Source: Rhizaria sp. SCN 62-66 | Taxonomy: Eukaryota | DNA: 52,044 nt | Reading direction: 5' to 3' | Assembly: GCA_001724265.1 (NCBI GenBank) | Contig: MEDY01000307.1 | Coordinates: 1 to 52,044 of the forward strand | In this document: positions 10,201 through 19,340 of the stretch, one piece after another | Layout: each line of letters starts with the position of its first letter | Position numbering within the stretch: the stretch's first letter is position 1 | Made by a program: the position numbers and the translations under genes | Notes under the pieces: model-generated | Told to the model about the DNA's origin: nothing | What the model saw: the letters and a program-made list of their open reading frames with translations, nothing else | Databases searched by the model: none

Positions 10201-11123
10201 CGTCATTGACGACGGCTAGTTCGTCGGAGGGCGCCGTCGTTCCGCGCTTCCTTGCACATCTCGCCTCCGACAGCGAGGACGGCGACGATGCTCACTCCAA
10301 GAGCGGCGGTGTCGCCCACCGTCTCCCCGCGGCAGCGCCTGGCGTCGACGGGGGCTTCACTGACGACAGCGACACTGATGACAGTGGCGATGAGAGTGAC
10401 GGCGATGATGGCGGTTGCGTGACTGGTCGTAGAACCGGCAAGAATAAGAAGCAAGCTCAGGTTGACGCTGAGAACATGGCGTTCGCGCAGATGATTGCGA
10501 GGAAATACGGGACTAGCGACAACACCAAGAGTGTGATCGACGGAGGCGACGTGGCCAGTGAAGAAGTTCTGCGCGACCATGACGCGGCCACTGTGACTCA
10601 GTCTGCGACCCGTGAGAAGACGGGCTGCATGACTCTCAAGTCTCTCCGAGCCGCTGCGACCAGCGCTGTGAGCGCTGAAGCAAGCGCTGACAGCTGCTCA
10701 CAACAAGATGAAGAGGAGGAAGACGACAGTGAAGCGACTGTGAGTATGGCTGAGTATATGCGCGAGATGGACCGCCAACTCGGCCGTGGCGTTCACGCTC
10801 ACTCTAACAACCCCGGTCCTTCTGGCAACCACCACCACAAGAAGAAAACTCAGAACTGTAACACTGCTGCGGACTCTAACATGCTTGAGGGTGATAGCGA
10901 CGATGATGACACCTACGACGACAATCAGCGCATCTCTGATACGAAGGGTCCTCAAGGGTCAGCGGAGTACAGTGTGCTGAAGAACCTTCTCGCCGCTGTA
11001 AGCGCACAGGGAGGCCTGCCAGGCCCTGCGACGGCGCTGCTGAAGTCACTGGGCGTGACGTTACCCAGCGTTGCTGCAGTCGACCAGGAGCGTGACGATG
11101 CGAGCGACTGTGACCAAGATTAA
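4218..11123 (+). CDS. ECD: Ecdysoneless/SGT1 (ECD) family protein, 2301 aa, strongly expanded
   Basis: ECD-family motifs occur in the canonical order: YTWHMQPFSL; HLHGCVRFDNNLNDEWAVV; SDRSSGQFLLTEAA; LPAW...GRVWLRRGQVQLVP; RLTHHTYADL; LGARLAAGAEVLY; MAEYMREMDRQL; and C-terminal VLKNLLAAVSAQGGLPGPATALLKSLGVTLP. Confidence 0.85.
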   Translation: MDPSFLNASMAASFEDDYIEYHVYLDCIPASPLPNTTSTATATAPAASSSTQSGSNPGAGVAGTLPDSYDADSLALPARRQMLPLSACLNSTPSDSSAQPQTTQRQAQPQASAQSPSTETVSALEYLQAVRVACLDYVQPFVTAYTWHMQPFSLAVWDPAAHLRRTRNGNLRGASTASAPSGAGHGRDQDPLVAGLRSAMGQRGAAHTLTGHNAGAGTTNGAGTAMPPLPTDLDLTAIATGARRAKDATSGTSSSRSAADAASGGDAAGPLSELARAVSTHAFPCCAHLHGCVRFDNNLNDEWAVVLVLLALTARFPDLTVVVSDRSSGQFLLTEAAAADMARKRAAAIAKAAAASNTDAANAIVSAAAVGGAEAVCVKPDGFQFPQFDYSRIPQSADSSLRAADDNISVNAGPQTSAAAAAPTGLPAWCQDPEQTPGRVWLRRGQVQLVPPPPTLAESVASAATAAAAATKSKGDKSGGSCGTGPRSASASAADVANAKIEIVCDEDDEHKSDLSLALTPVLRRLPTLTIATSAAADSPAAAAAAAATSSATSAVTSAATASAAADADASIAINTPALAPAAGLALARGPGAPLTLPHHAVQRLLLQKLDRLVRRGADAPRDLSAANLSTSATAVAPRPAADAADATDAVDLTALARAARSRPLLASNALMVPVLLPQALAAVVGRAPWVAAAAAAALAGADERDVRAVRAAKRFVNGEIYTSAQNTQSAMHAGQGDCEQQRMSDCDEQSKSRKKWFDGMIGVVNSKSANGDVDTFADVNCASLYHAFSIDNSICSQSQLRSQCSQTTAPATHATAAATTTTSATAPAAATPATTPTAAATEPGVEFRWCWTRLTHHTYADLCRAHRGCFSHRYAAALPAALPQALMANRLPAGALVCGCAQRDNSNNNNSDVSTGSGGDRDDVVRLTPLLPGSGLDYPTQTLHGRRVALGQCHHFWLGPHLLCAAAVLRGMLLGMHLGARLAAGAEVLYQRAAAVTARANADSNTRPGFDMSANGNTANGSADSEARVTVTNTMRAIADARLDDSSSAATAGIEVKPPRWVMYSELYNNMMLTVTSSGTLTSRGNSESSSFNAYSSVYNACFAPGSTNTRRIPRGLLWYLSSPSPQCSRTLSLAPRFALLPMQADREQGEASEGERGAGDCERLLSGCGRGEWVTTVSPLAQSRSANLAVAAFIDAYARITQRNKNHNNNNTSPGAVPSSPPLPSLPLQLPGLSAALASNAWVRSFLSLPMPAPVFRDTAYSTVLPSLVCRSQQARDGDSSPQPQDAAAAPASHDWWYPLAHPAASFPPVKPPSLAHAAAVAPPAASALAAVQATSACVALSTQPLRRSAYPTIAAVPAGDSNTAHAMHALTGTVVCGSALTVSDRLCSSVPDYNQHEELDLATDEAEAAVGGDGGSAAVTAAFGRYLAEPSPGLLVATAAAVASTAFTSRSANGSGPRCHSLELLHAQSSVALSAHDVACLRSIPETTLVDPRASAAPLLLWGLAQTGYATGASDAAASRCNARINASSNARSDGGHATATKNSAFATAHLDTAAPANAASTEKKNTLKSFYDSVTFARAHINDAIDANTTAGESGDKKRQFWATLGINNHSPKAKNVSTQGATVATVAMADDYECDSSAPSGPAAAAPRAAEGWLPSHMRQHSSHGSNTLADETQTGVSHAASKTNSFKGAVNVTSMSDNDLTATAAYIAQQTKHLLYSSRASESTGADATAETTCGGSKYAGNDDLVDPFDFGVLGELLAEMERRAHNNEAGNDAADLASVESNVVDNSVEDDGNDEDEDDQYDDEDEDENSEKEEDDDGDRNEDESDAARRNKRPSGRRVRFANISDAVNSKDESESEPLSNVLASLQRFMSKRSDYRGIVAPSQSSASATNTNATHIRTSANSSLDQLVAAARKSGDISKHVASKASNSTDATVAGDRAPSDAASSGAAPVTLNTSKVAMLLAQARSRMSQPKSTQGTNIAATSTATSSLTTASSSEGAVVPRFLAHLASDSEDGDDAHSKSGGVAHRLPAAAPGVDGGFTDDSDTDDSGDESDGDDGGCVTGRRTGKNKKQAQVDAENMAFAQMIARKYGTSDNTKSVIDGGDVASEEVLRDHDAATVTQSATREKTGCMTLKSLRAAATSAVSAEASADSCSQQDEEEEDDSEATVSMAEYMREMDRQLGRGVHAHSNNPGPSGNHHHKKKTQNCNTAADSNMLEGDSDDDDTYDDNQRISDTKGPQGSAEYSVLKNLLAAVSAQGGLPGPATALLKSLGVTLPSVAAVDQERDDASDCDQD

Positions 11124-12356
11124 CTAGGGGACCACACCGGTGGCGACGACCGACATCGATGAATGGCTATTTGTTTCAACCTCAACCACTTGACAATGTG
11201 CAATTTGTCATCAAGTCGTATAGTTTCAAATGTAAAGTAATCCTTCACTGAACTGGAGTGCGGTGATGAAAAATAATAGTTATTTTAAATTAGTTTAATA
11301 CAAGTTACCGTGATTATTATTTCTGGCATGTTCGTAATTTCACAGCACACTCTGATGCCACCGAATGCCGTTCAATATGGATAGACTTAAACTTCTAAGA
11401 GTTGCGGGTTATTGAAGAAACAGATACAGTTTCAGTGTATTGTTGGGGTCAGTGAGATGACGACACACAAAACGCGGTCCGCGAATGTGATGAACAAAAA
11501 TATAAGTTGCAGAGATTCTCATGCAACGAGGGGAACCGAACGAATCAATCAGAGTGAATCATGATGATGTCGGATTCTCTAAAATGTCTTGACAAAAGTG
11601 AGTGCGTCAAATGTGGAACAAATTGACAAAACTGTACCGTGACTTGTACGTGTTACAGCGCGATAAGGATGTGAATCATAGCGATTACGTTTCAGTGTGT
11701 TTCAGTGCATAACACAACAAGAAGACACCTACGTGCGAAAGCAGACCACATGCCACACAACATTTCCACAAAAGAACACAATCAATAGCAATAGTGAAGC
11801 GGAGCTACTCGAGAACATCACAGACGTGAGTGACTCAGCGAGGCTCGCGAGAAGATCAAAAAACAAAAAGGTGACATACTATGCATAACAGAACAACAAG
11901 GACGTAAGCATACATGAAACATGCACAGCTAAGTGCGTCAAACATCAAGAATGTTGAAACTAAAACAAACGAAATCAATTAAACAATTTACTCTTATTTG
12001 AGAACAAAGAGCATACGAGCATTGCAGGTCGCTCCGGAGCTGCGGGATCTCGAAGAGGCTACACATGGCAACGATCATTACACACACGTTTTCGTGCTGA
12101 TACGTTAAGAAAAAGGTAAACCACCCTTAAATTTCAGTTGAGTAGTGGAACATAATATACGAGGCGTTGATATGAGCTGTTTACAGCTTACATCTTGTCG
12201 AACATTAAAATGAGGGAGAGCAGGTCTCGACCTCAAACAAAAATTACAAAGATAAAGTAGAATAGACGGTGGGTGTTAAAGCTTGTGATAACGCGATACT
12301 ACGTACACATCATCACAGATATGAAGATTATAACTTGCAGGAGAAGGGGGTTGGAC

Positions 12357-15300
12357 TTAGACTTCAATCTCAGCAGTGTCGGCGTTCTCCCCAGCGTCGG
12401 CGTTCTCAGCAGTGTCGGCGTTTTCAGCGACATCGCCGTTGGTGGGAGTCATCTCGACGTCACCACCCTTGTCAGTTGCGCTTTTTGTAGAGGAGTCTGC
12501 GAAGCAGCAGAGTTTCTTGTTCCACGCGATGAGCACGATGACGAGGATGATGAGGAAACCACCGACACCGACGACGACACCAGCGATGATGTTGTCATGG
12601 TTGTTGCTAATGCTGTGGTGAGGCGTAACCTCCTCCTCAGTGTCAGTGCCAGTATCGGTGTCGGCGGTGTCGTCAAGAACCATGCCGGTGCCGGTGCCAT
12701 GGGGCAGCTCAGTGCACGAGGTGTCGCACGCGTCGTCACTGACGCCGATGTTGGTGGGGACGGCAGTGCTCAGCGCAGTGCCCGCGGTGCTGGGGCTCGA
12801 CTTGAGGCCGGCCAAGATGGCGTCGATGGCGATGTACGTGTCGGCCATGTCAACAGAAGCGGGCTGATCAGCCTGCGCAGCGAACTGCAGCGCGGAAGTC
12901 GGGCGCAGGCTGGCGGTGTGCGCGGCAAAGGCAGCAGGCAGCGCGGCGGCGGCATTGTTCGCCATTGCGGGGCACTCGGGACCAGCGCTGATGAGCACGT
13001 TCACGAACTTGCCCTTCTTGGTGGTGACGGTGCTTACGTTGGCGACAGTGTAGAACACAGAGGTCTTGCCACCGAGAGTCTTGACGTCGGTCTTAAGCTG
13101 TGATGACCAAAGAGCGAGATCCTCAGTCTCATTCGCCTTGCCGAGGAAAAGCAAGGCGGACTGGGGGAAGACGAGGCGCAAGTGCGCGAAGCGGCAACTG
13201 CAATTATCAGAAGTATATCCAGGCTTGCACGTGCACTGGCACTGGTCCGGGATAGAGCTCGCGGTGCCGTTATTGTAGCACACGTTCTTGCACGTGTCGC
13301 AGAGGTCACCAGTGAAGAGTGAGTTATCTGGGCACGTACACGTGTTGGTGCACTCGAAGGCGTTGCTCGACTGGTTGAACTCGATGAGCGGGACGCCCTC
13401 GTTGGCGCACGTCAGCGCAGAGCACGTGGTGTCGATGGCGTCCTCGCACAGAGCGTCGCGGAACAGCGCGGTGCCGTCGGCGGCGGTGCGGCAGTTGCAC
13501 TGGGCCTCGTTGTCGACGACAGAGCAGCTCTCGGTGTTGTCACTGTTGCACGCGGCAGCCTCGCACGGCGACACAGCGCAGTACGCGCCGGACCACGAGC
13601 CCATACACGAGCAGATGCCAGTGACGCTGTTGCACGAGCCGCCGTTGCTACACGAGTGCGTCAAGCCGGCCGTAGTGTCGCAGAGCGCGCCGATGTCGAC
13701 GGTGGCGGTCACAGAGACTGTCGAGGAGAAGGTCACCTTCACGGTGTGTGTGCCGGGGAAGAGCTGGAGCGCAGTGGCGCTGATCGAGCTCTTGAGTGCA
13801 CCAATGGCCACGCGGGTGGCGTTGATGGCGATGCCGGAGCTGGCCGGCGTGACGAACACAGTCACCTTAGCGCCAGCGACAGCGGCAGCGTTCGTAGTCC
13901 AGGCGACGTCAATGGCACGAGTGGAAGCGTTCCACGTAGCAGTGAGACCAGAAAGAGCGACATCAGTGCTGCACGATGCGTCGAAGAAGCCGTTACCACA
14001 TACGCAGGTGGCGAGCACATTCTGCTGCACCTGACCCTCGACAGTGAACGACTCGTAGCCAGAGCAAGTGCCGCGGTCGGCAGCGCAGGTCACGGCCGGC
14101 GCGTCGCAGTCGACGAACGCGGGGGACTTGTCAGTCAGCTCGTCGCAGATGTACTCCGCGGCAACCACAGTCTCACCGGCGCCGTTGACGAAGGCGCACT
14201 CCGAGGTCTGCGTGCGGATCGACTTGCACAGCGGCACGGTCGAGGTGACACACGCCGACTGTTGGATGTCCCAAATCAACGGAATGTTGCAATCGTTGGG
14301 AATGTTGTCACACGACTGCTTCAGAGACACACTCGCTTCAGCGCAAAGCGCGCCAGCAACAGGGGCGCTCGAGACGCTGTTGACGCAGATACCAGCACGC
14401 GTGGCGACGCCGCACTTGACAATCTGGCTGTTAATGGAGCACTCGTCCTCGGAGTTAAACTGCGCGGCGCACAGGTCGAGGCTCGACGCGCACGCCTTGG
14501 TCTCCGCGGGCTTGCTGCTGGCGACCGCAGCGGGGCAGTGGTTCGCAATGTCAGCGGTGCTGCTCGAGTCAGCAACGCACGAGTCGTGAGCGCAACTAGC
14601 GTAGCCGCCGTCATTAGCGCAGTCGACCATGGAAATGGCGCTGGCACCGGAGGCGTAGCACCTCCACATCGCGTTGGAGCACGTGTAGTCCGTGCATGAC
14701 TTCGAGAAAGTGGGCTTGGCCGCAATGTTGCAGTTGTTGTCGTTCAAAATTGCCGTGTGTTCGCCGCGATTGAGACGAGAGCAGTAGGGCGCGTTGGTGT
14801 GCGTGCCAGTGCCACAGTCGTTGCTGCAAGCGCCAAACTCAGCATCGTTAGTAGCCGTGCAATTGATACCAGGCACACCGTCGCTGGTGCAGCGCCACTC
14901 GTAAGTACAGGCGAGTCCGGGCGTGACAAACGAGCTGAAGCCCGACGCGAGGGTCATCGAGATGTCGCCAACCGTCGCAGGCACAAGCGTCGTAGAGCGG
15001 TCGCAGTCGGCGGTGGTAGCGAATTCCAGCTTGAACGCCAGTTTCGCCGCGGTCGCGGGCAGCTGGCTGCTCAGCGGGATCGTGGCTACGCCGCCCGAGA
15101 CACGGCCCACCACAGTGAAGGCGCTGACGCCCTGCGCGGTGACGGTGATAGGCAGAGCGTCGTTGTTGTAGTAGAGGTCGGTGACACCCGTGCTGGAGAG
15201 CGTGATCTTGCCTTCAACGGCGCCCTGCTTGAAAGTGGCGTACGAAAGCACGAGCGAGAGGTGCGATTCGGTGACCGCAGTCTGCTCGACCTTGACGTCC

Positions 15301-18300
15301 GTCACAAGGGTGCACACTGCGGTGTGGAAATCGGCAGTAAGCACGCCTGGAGTGGTCAAAGTGGTGATGTCTGCGTTGGCAGAGAGCGCAAAGGCAACCG
15401 TATTGTCGCAGGCCAGAGCGGCGTTGAGCGCGGGCAGCACGGCGAGCGAGCCCTGCGGAGGGAACACGGCGTTATTCGCGATAGTAAATGACACTGTGAT
15501 TGTGCCCGTGGGGCTGTCGTACGCAAGAGTCGCGGTGACGCCGGTGACGTCAGAGCCGTTGCTGTCCTTCACGGCCTGCGCGGTCGTGGGCACGCCAGCG
15601 AAGGGCTTCGCAGAGTTGGCGTTAACGTGCACAATAGTGAGGATGTTGGTGAGCGCGACGGCGTTTTTGTTGATGTAGTTGGTCCAGGACACGACGAGGC
15701 CAGCGTTGCTCGCCAGAGTCGCGCCGTCGTCGGTGAGCTTGAGCCCTGCGAAAACAACGGGGCACACAGTGGTGGAGTAGGACGTCGACAAAGAGCCGGA
15801 CGGGTTCTTCGTCACCGTCACCGCGTCAGAGCCAGAGCTAACAGCGAACGTTGACGTCGTGCCACAGGCCGCATTGACGTTAAGCGCGGGCACCAGCGTG
15901 AGGCGACCCTTGGTGGGCGGTGCTGACGAGAATGAGACGAGGTACGCGCCGCCAGTATAAATGACAGAGGCGACGCCAGTCATCTCGGCGCTGTTGGTGG
16001 CGTCGATGAGCGTGACGGTGGTCGTGGCGGTGTCGAAGGCGTCGCTGAGGCCGGAGGAAGAAGCGAAGCGGAAGCTCGTCGCAAGAGACCTGCTATTAAC
16101 ATTGGTGAACCCAGTCCACGAGAAAACGAAGCCAAAAGAGCCCGCGACAACCTGAGAGACGACGGCGACGCCACTGAACACGGCGGGACACGGAGCGGAT
16201 GTGTAAGTCTTTTCAGTCGAGCCTGCCTGCAGTGTCACAGTCGAGGTTGACCCGGATGTGAGAATGAAACTCGACGTGGTGCCGCAAGTTGCGGAAGAGT
16301 TGACCTGGGGCGTCAGAAGGATAGAGCCCTTGGTGGGCATAGGGGTCGACGTCGTGGGGGTGAATGACACGACAAACGCACCTCCATCAACTGCAACGCT
16401 GGTGATGCCAAGAATCTCGGCGTCATATTGATTACGTAGCTTAACCACCGTGGAGGCCGCGGAAAAGACAAATACGTCACTGGCGCTGCTGGGTGCAAAG
16501 CGGAAGCTCGACGCCAGCGAAAAGCCACCAGGATTGTTCAGCCCACTCCATGAGATGAGGAAGCTGAACGTGCCGCCGACAGTCATATGCGTATAGACGG
16601 AGATACCGCTGAACGTAGGACAAGTGTACGTGGGCATCGTGACTGACGGCAACGCGCCACTTGCGGTCGTGAGTGTCATTAAAGTGCCGGTGGCAGTGTA
16701 GACTGCAGTTTGGCCGCACTGAACAGACTTCTTCCGCGAAACACCAATGACAAAGCTGCCGGCGGTAGGAACAGAGTAGCCTTGATATGAGTCAAAGGCA
16801 ATGACAATGTTCCCGTTTGTGATGATAGCCATCGCATAAATATAGACATTCGCCGCGATTTGAACGTAGCCAGCACCCACAAGCGAATCGATGGCATCAG
16901 CGACGCCGCTGTCGAAACTCAACGTGATTTTCCCAAGCACAACAGAGTCGGGATTGCTGTATGCGCCCCACGAAACGTTAAGACCAGTCACACCGCTCTG
17001 ATCGACCCAATCGACGGAGAATTGGCCGAACTCGGGGCAGCGCTGGGAGGCAGCAGACGCGGTGAGCTGATTGCTGGAGAAGCTAGAGGTGCCATCATCG
17101 ATGGTGATGGTGTAGCTGCCCGTCAGTCCGCACGAGGAAGACTTAACGGCCTTAAAGGTGAATTGAAGCACGGGAAGGGTATACATGGACATGTCTATGT
17201 CATTTGAAAAGGATAAACGGAAGTTGTTGTTCTCAAATTGCATGTTGACTTTGGTATTCAAACCCAAATCAACAACGAGCGAATCCGCGTGGACACCAGT
17301 AAACACGGCCGCTGCATTGGCGTCGAGCTTGATCATAAAGTCAGAAAAGTCTGTGATAGCAACGTTATCCGCGTTGATCACGCCACTCCAAGACACGGTG
17401 AACACGTCGTCAGCGATGGCGAGCGACATGTCCATGAACTTCGGGCACTTGGCTGCGCGCGCTGTCGTCGTCAAGAGACTCGAGGAGACAGTGTTGCTCA
17501 CCTTGGCGAGAGCAACGTTAGAGCTGTAGATCGTGTACACGCCCGTCAAGTCAGCAGTGCACGAGTGCGCCGACGCGTTGACGGGAGGCGCGAGCGAAAA
17601 AGATCCAGTTGCGGGCACTTTCGCACCGGCGGAGATGGTAAACACAAGCGAGATCAATCCATCGACGCTCTTCGCAGTGACACTCACTTCCCCGTTCGCA
17701 AACACAGTCGTGGGCCCCCAGTTCTGCTCGTACACCTCAGTGCCGGACTCGTGACGGATCTCCAGCAGGGGCGCGACAGAGTTGAAGCTGTCCACGACGA
17801 TGTTGCTCCAGCTCACGTCGAGATTCACAACGCCATTGCGCACCTCGGCGTTAAGCTTCATAGAGTTGAAGTCAACGGGACAGTTACGCCACACGTAAGG
17901 GGCGGAAAGAAACGCATTGTTGTCATCTAAAGCGGCCAACGTCGCGACATCACCGGGCGACGCGAGGGAATAGGTCGCAGACGTGCCGCAGCTGGATGAA
18001 GTCGACAAGCGCGCGGGGGTAATGTCGACGTACGCGGGCGCGGGAAGAGAAGCCGAAGCCGTCCCGGTACCAGAGTAGACAAACGACAGCACAATGTCAA
18101 AGGAGTCGAAAACCGCGTTCACCTGCCAGTGCTCAATGGCAAGGCCGGTGTTCGAATCGCGGATGGCCGCGCTGAGAGCCACCGAGCTGTCCAGCAGATT
18201 ATTGTTGCCACCGTAGGCGATTTTGACGACGTTATCGTACGTCGTAGAGTCAGACTGAAGACCCGTCCAGGAGAAGCGGAAGCCAACGGAACCATTAATC

Positions 18301-19340
18301 ACCGCCAACACGTTGCCGGCGTCGTCGTCGTAGGGCGCGGTGAGGCGCACACCGGAAAATGCGGTGACGCAGCGAGGAGAGGAGGCGGAGAAGCTGACGG
18401 GCGCACCTGCGATCGAGGCAAATTCTGAGTTTGACTTCAAGATGTAATTGCCACTTACCGGTGTAGAACACGATGGACCGGTGATCGTAGTCACAGAGAA
18501 AACGAAGTATCCCGCCCCAGAGGAAAGAAGTCCGCCGGAAGGGTAGTTGAACGTCAAGCTAATGGAGTTGCTCCCAGACATAGCGGGTGTAAGAGTGATA
18601 CCCCCTTCTTCGGAGCCGAAGACAGTGACGGGTGAGGTTTGAACATCGACGAACATGTTGTTGCCACTTTCGTGTTGTAGAAGGAGCGATGGTGCAAAAC
18701 TTTGATGCTGCGACTTCGTCACTGATTGCCATTCGACTTTGACCTGGATGGGAATTGCATTGGAAAGAACCGTAGAAGCCACGACGCCGACCAGCCGGGT
18801 CGGGCAAAATTTACCATAGTACATTATAGAAAGAGAGCTCGGCATGGCATATTGGGGAGGTGGCCCATACATCACCCCGTACGTCAGCACATATCGCGCG
18901 GACAAGTCACAAGGAAAAGAGGTCTCATCGGCGCTTGTGAAGCTGATCGTCAGGGAGTTCCCGCCAGTTGGAAAAGATTGACCCGAGCAGTCAAAAGAGA
19001 TGAGTAGGTCGCGTGTACCGCTGTCGATCCGCACACTGGCCACACACTCTCCAGGAGTTGAGAGGATGGCTGTTGCTGAGGCGATGAGCGCGGGATCGTT
19101 AGGAACGTTCCCCATGTACTTGAGCTTGATCGCATCCGTATATTGCTTGGGCGTCGAATCGCCGATGTACGCCCAGGAGATCGTTAAATTACTAGTTCCT
19201 GCAAAGCTGTGCTTCGCATTCTGTGACAGGGTCGCGTAGTAAGGCGTCACGGACGCGGACGCCCCAGATAACAGTATGAGCAATGTGACCATAACCATAA
19301 GGAGCAAACAAGCCCGCCGAAGACTTTGCCGTAAAGTCAT
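12357..19340 (-). CDS. Large type-I cell-surface protein (2327 aa): signal peptide, ~10 beta-rich Cys-pair repeats, TSP1-like repeats, EGF-like domains, FN3-like domain, single TM, short acidic tail
   Basis: ATG at 19340 directly follows an acceptor-like ttttgtgcag, so the ORF-track start at 19379 lies in the pyrimidine tract. Signal peptide MTLRQSLRRACLLLMVMVTLLILLSGASA; TSP1-like FGACSNDCGTGTHT; EGF motifs CSNGGSCNSVTGICSCMGSWSGAYC and CQCTCKPGYTSDNC; TM IIAGVVVGVGGFLIILVIVLIAW at 12522-12590; TAA stop. Confidence 0.9.
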   Translation of the reverse strand: MTLRQSLRRACLLLMVMVTLLILLSGASASVTPYYATLSQNAKHSFAGTSNLTISWAYIGDSTPKQYTDAIKLKYMGNVPNDPALIASATAILSTPGECVASVRIDSGTRDLLISFDCSGQSFPTGGNSLTISFTSADETSFPCDLSARYVLTYGVMYGPPPQYAMPSSLSIMYYGKFCPTRLVGVVASTVLSNAIPIQVKVEWQSVTKSQHQSFAPSLLLQHESGNNMFVDVQTSPVTVFGSEEGGITLTPAMSGSNSISLTFNYPSGGLLSSGAGYFVFSVTTITGPSCSTPVSGNYILKSNSEFASIAGAPVSFSASSPRCVTAFSGVRLTAPYDDDAGNVLAVINGSVGFRFSWTGLQSDSTTYDNVVKIAYGGNNNLLDSSVALSAAIRDSNTGLAIEHWQVNAVFDSFDIVLSFVYSGTGTASASLPAPAYVDITPARLSTSSSCGTSATYSLASPGDVATLAALDDNNAFLSAPYVWRNCPVDFNSMKLNAEVRNGVVNLDVSWSNIVVDSFNSVAPLLEIRHESGTEVYEQNWGPTTVFANGEVSVTAKSVDGLISLVFTISAGAKVPATGSFSLAPPVNASAHSCTADLTGVYTIYSSNVALAKVSNTVSSSLLTTTARAAKCPKFMDMSLAIADDVFTVSWSGVINADNVAITDFSDFMIKLDANAAAVFTGVHADSLVVDLGLNTKVNMQFENNNFRLSFSNDIDMSMYTLPVLQFTFKAVKSSSCGLTGSYTITIDDGTSSFSSNQLTASAASQRCPEFGQFSVDWVDQSGVTGLNVSWGAYSNPDSVVLGKITLSFDSGVADAIDSLVGAGYVQIAANVYIYAMAIITNGNIVIAFDSYQGYSVPTAGSFVIGVSRKKSVQCGQTAVYTATGTLMTLTTASGALPSVTMPTYTCPTFSGISVYTHMTVGGTFSFLISWSGLNNPGGFSLASSFRFAPSSASDVFVFSAASTVVKLRNQYDAEILGITSVAVDGGAFVVSFTPTTSTPMPTKGSILLTPQVNSSATCGTTSSFILTSGSTSTVTLQAGSTEKTYTSAPCPAVFSGVAVVSQVVAGSFGFVFSWTGFTNVNSRSLATSFRFASSSGLSDAFDTATTTVTLIDATNSAEMTGVASVIYTGGAYLVSFSSAPPTKGRLTLVPALNVNAACGTTSTFAVSSGSDAVTVTKNPSGSLSTSYSTTVCPVVFAGLKLTDDGATLASNAGLVVSWTNYINKNAVALTNILTIVHVNANSAKPFAGVPTTAQAVKDSNGSDVTGVTATLAYDSPTGTITVSFTIANNAVFPPQGSLAVLPALNAALACDNTVAFALSANADITTLTTPGVLTADFHTAVCTLVTDVKVEQTAVTESHLSLVLSYATFKQGAVEGKITLSSTGVTDLYYNNDALPITVTAQGVSAFTVVGRVSGGVATIPLSSQLPATAAKLAFKLEFATTADCDRSTTLVPATVGDISMTLASGFSSFVTPGLACTYEWRCTSDGVPGINCTATNDAEFGACSNDCGTGTHTNAPYCSRLNRGEHTAILNDNNCNIAAKPTFSKSCTDYTCSNAMWRCYASGASAISMVDCANDGGYASCAHDSCVADSSSTADIANHCPAAVASSKPAETKACASSLDLCAAQFNSEDECSINSQIVKCGVATRAGICVNSVSSAPVAGALCAEASVSLKQSCDNIPNDCNIPLIWDIQQSACVTSTVPLCKSIRTQTSECAFVNGAGETVVAAEYICDELTDKSPAFVDCDAPAVTCAADRGTCSGYESFTVEGQVQQNVLATCVCGNGFFDASCSTDVALSGLTATWNASTRAIDVAWTTNAAAVAGAKVTVFVTPASSGIAINATRVAIGALKSSISATALQLFPGTHTVKVTFSSTVSVTATVDIGALCDTTAGLTHSCSNGGSCNSVTGICSCMGSWSGAYCAVSPCEAAACNSDNTESCSVVDNEAQCNCRTAADGTALFRDALCEDAIDTTCSALTCANEGVPLIEFNQSSNAFECTNTCTCPDNSLFTGDLCDTCKNVCYNNGTASSIPDQCQCTCKPGYTSDNCSCRFAHLRLVFPQSALLFLGKANETEDLALWSSQLKTDVKTLGGKTSVFYTVANVSTVTTKKGKFVNVLISAGPECPAMANNAAAALPAAFAAHTASLRPTSALQFAAQADQPASVDMADTYIAIDAILAGLKSSPSTAGTALSTAVPTNIGVSDDACDTSCTELPHGTGTGMVLDDTADTDTGTDTEEEVTPHHSISNNHDNIIAGVVVGVGGFLIILVIVLIAWNKKLCCFADSSTKSATDKGGDVEMTPTNGDVAENADTAENADAGENADTAEIEV
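12369..12430 (-). repeat. 18-nt tandem repeat (about 3 copies) encoding (A/G)ENAD(T/A) in the cytoplasmic tail
   Basis: Protein ends AENADTAENADAGENADTAEIEV; the DNA unit cagcagtgtcggcgttct recurs with few substitutions. Confidence 0.85.
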
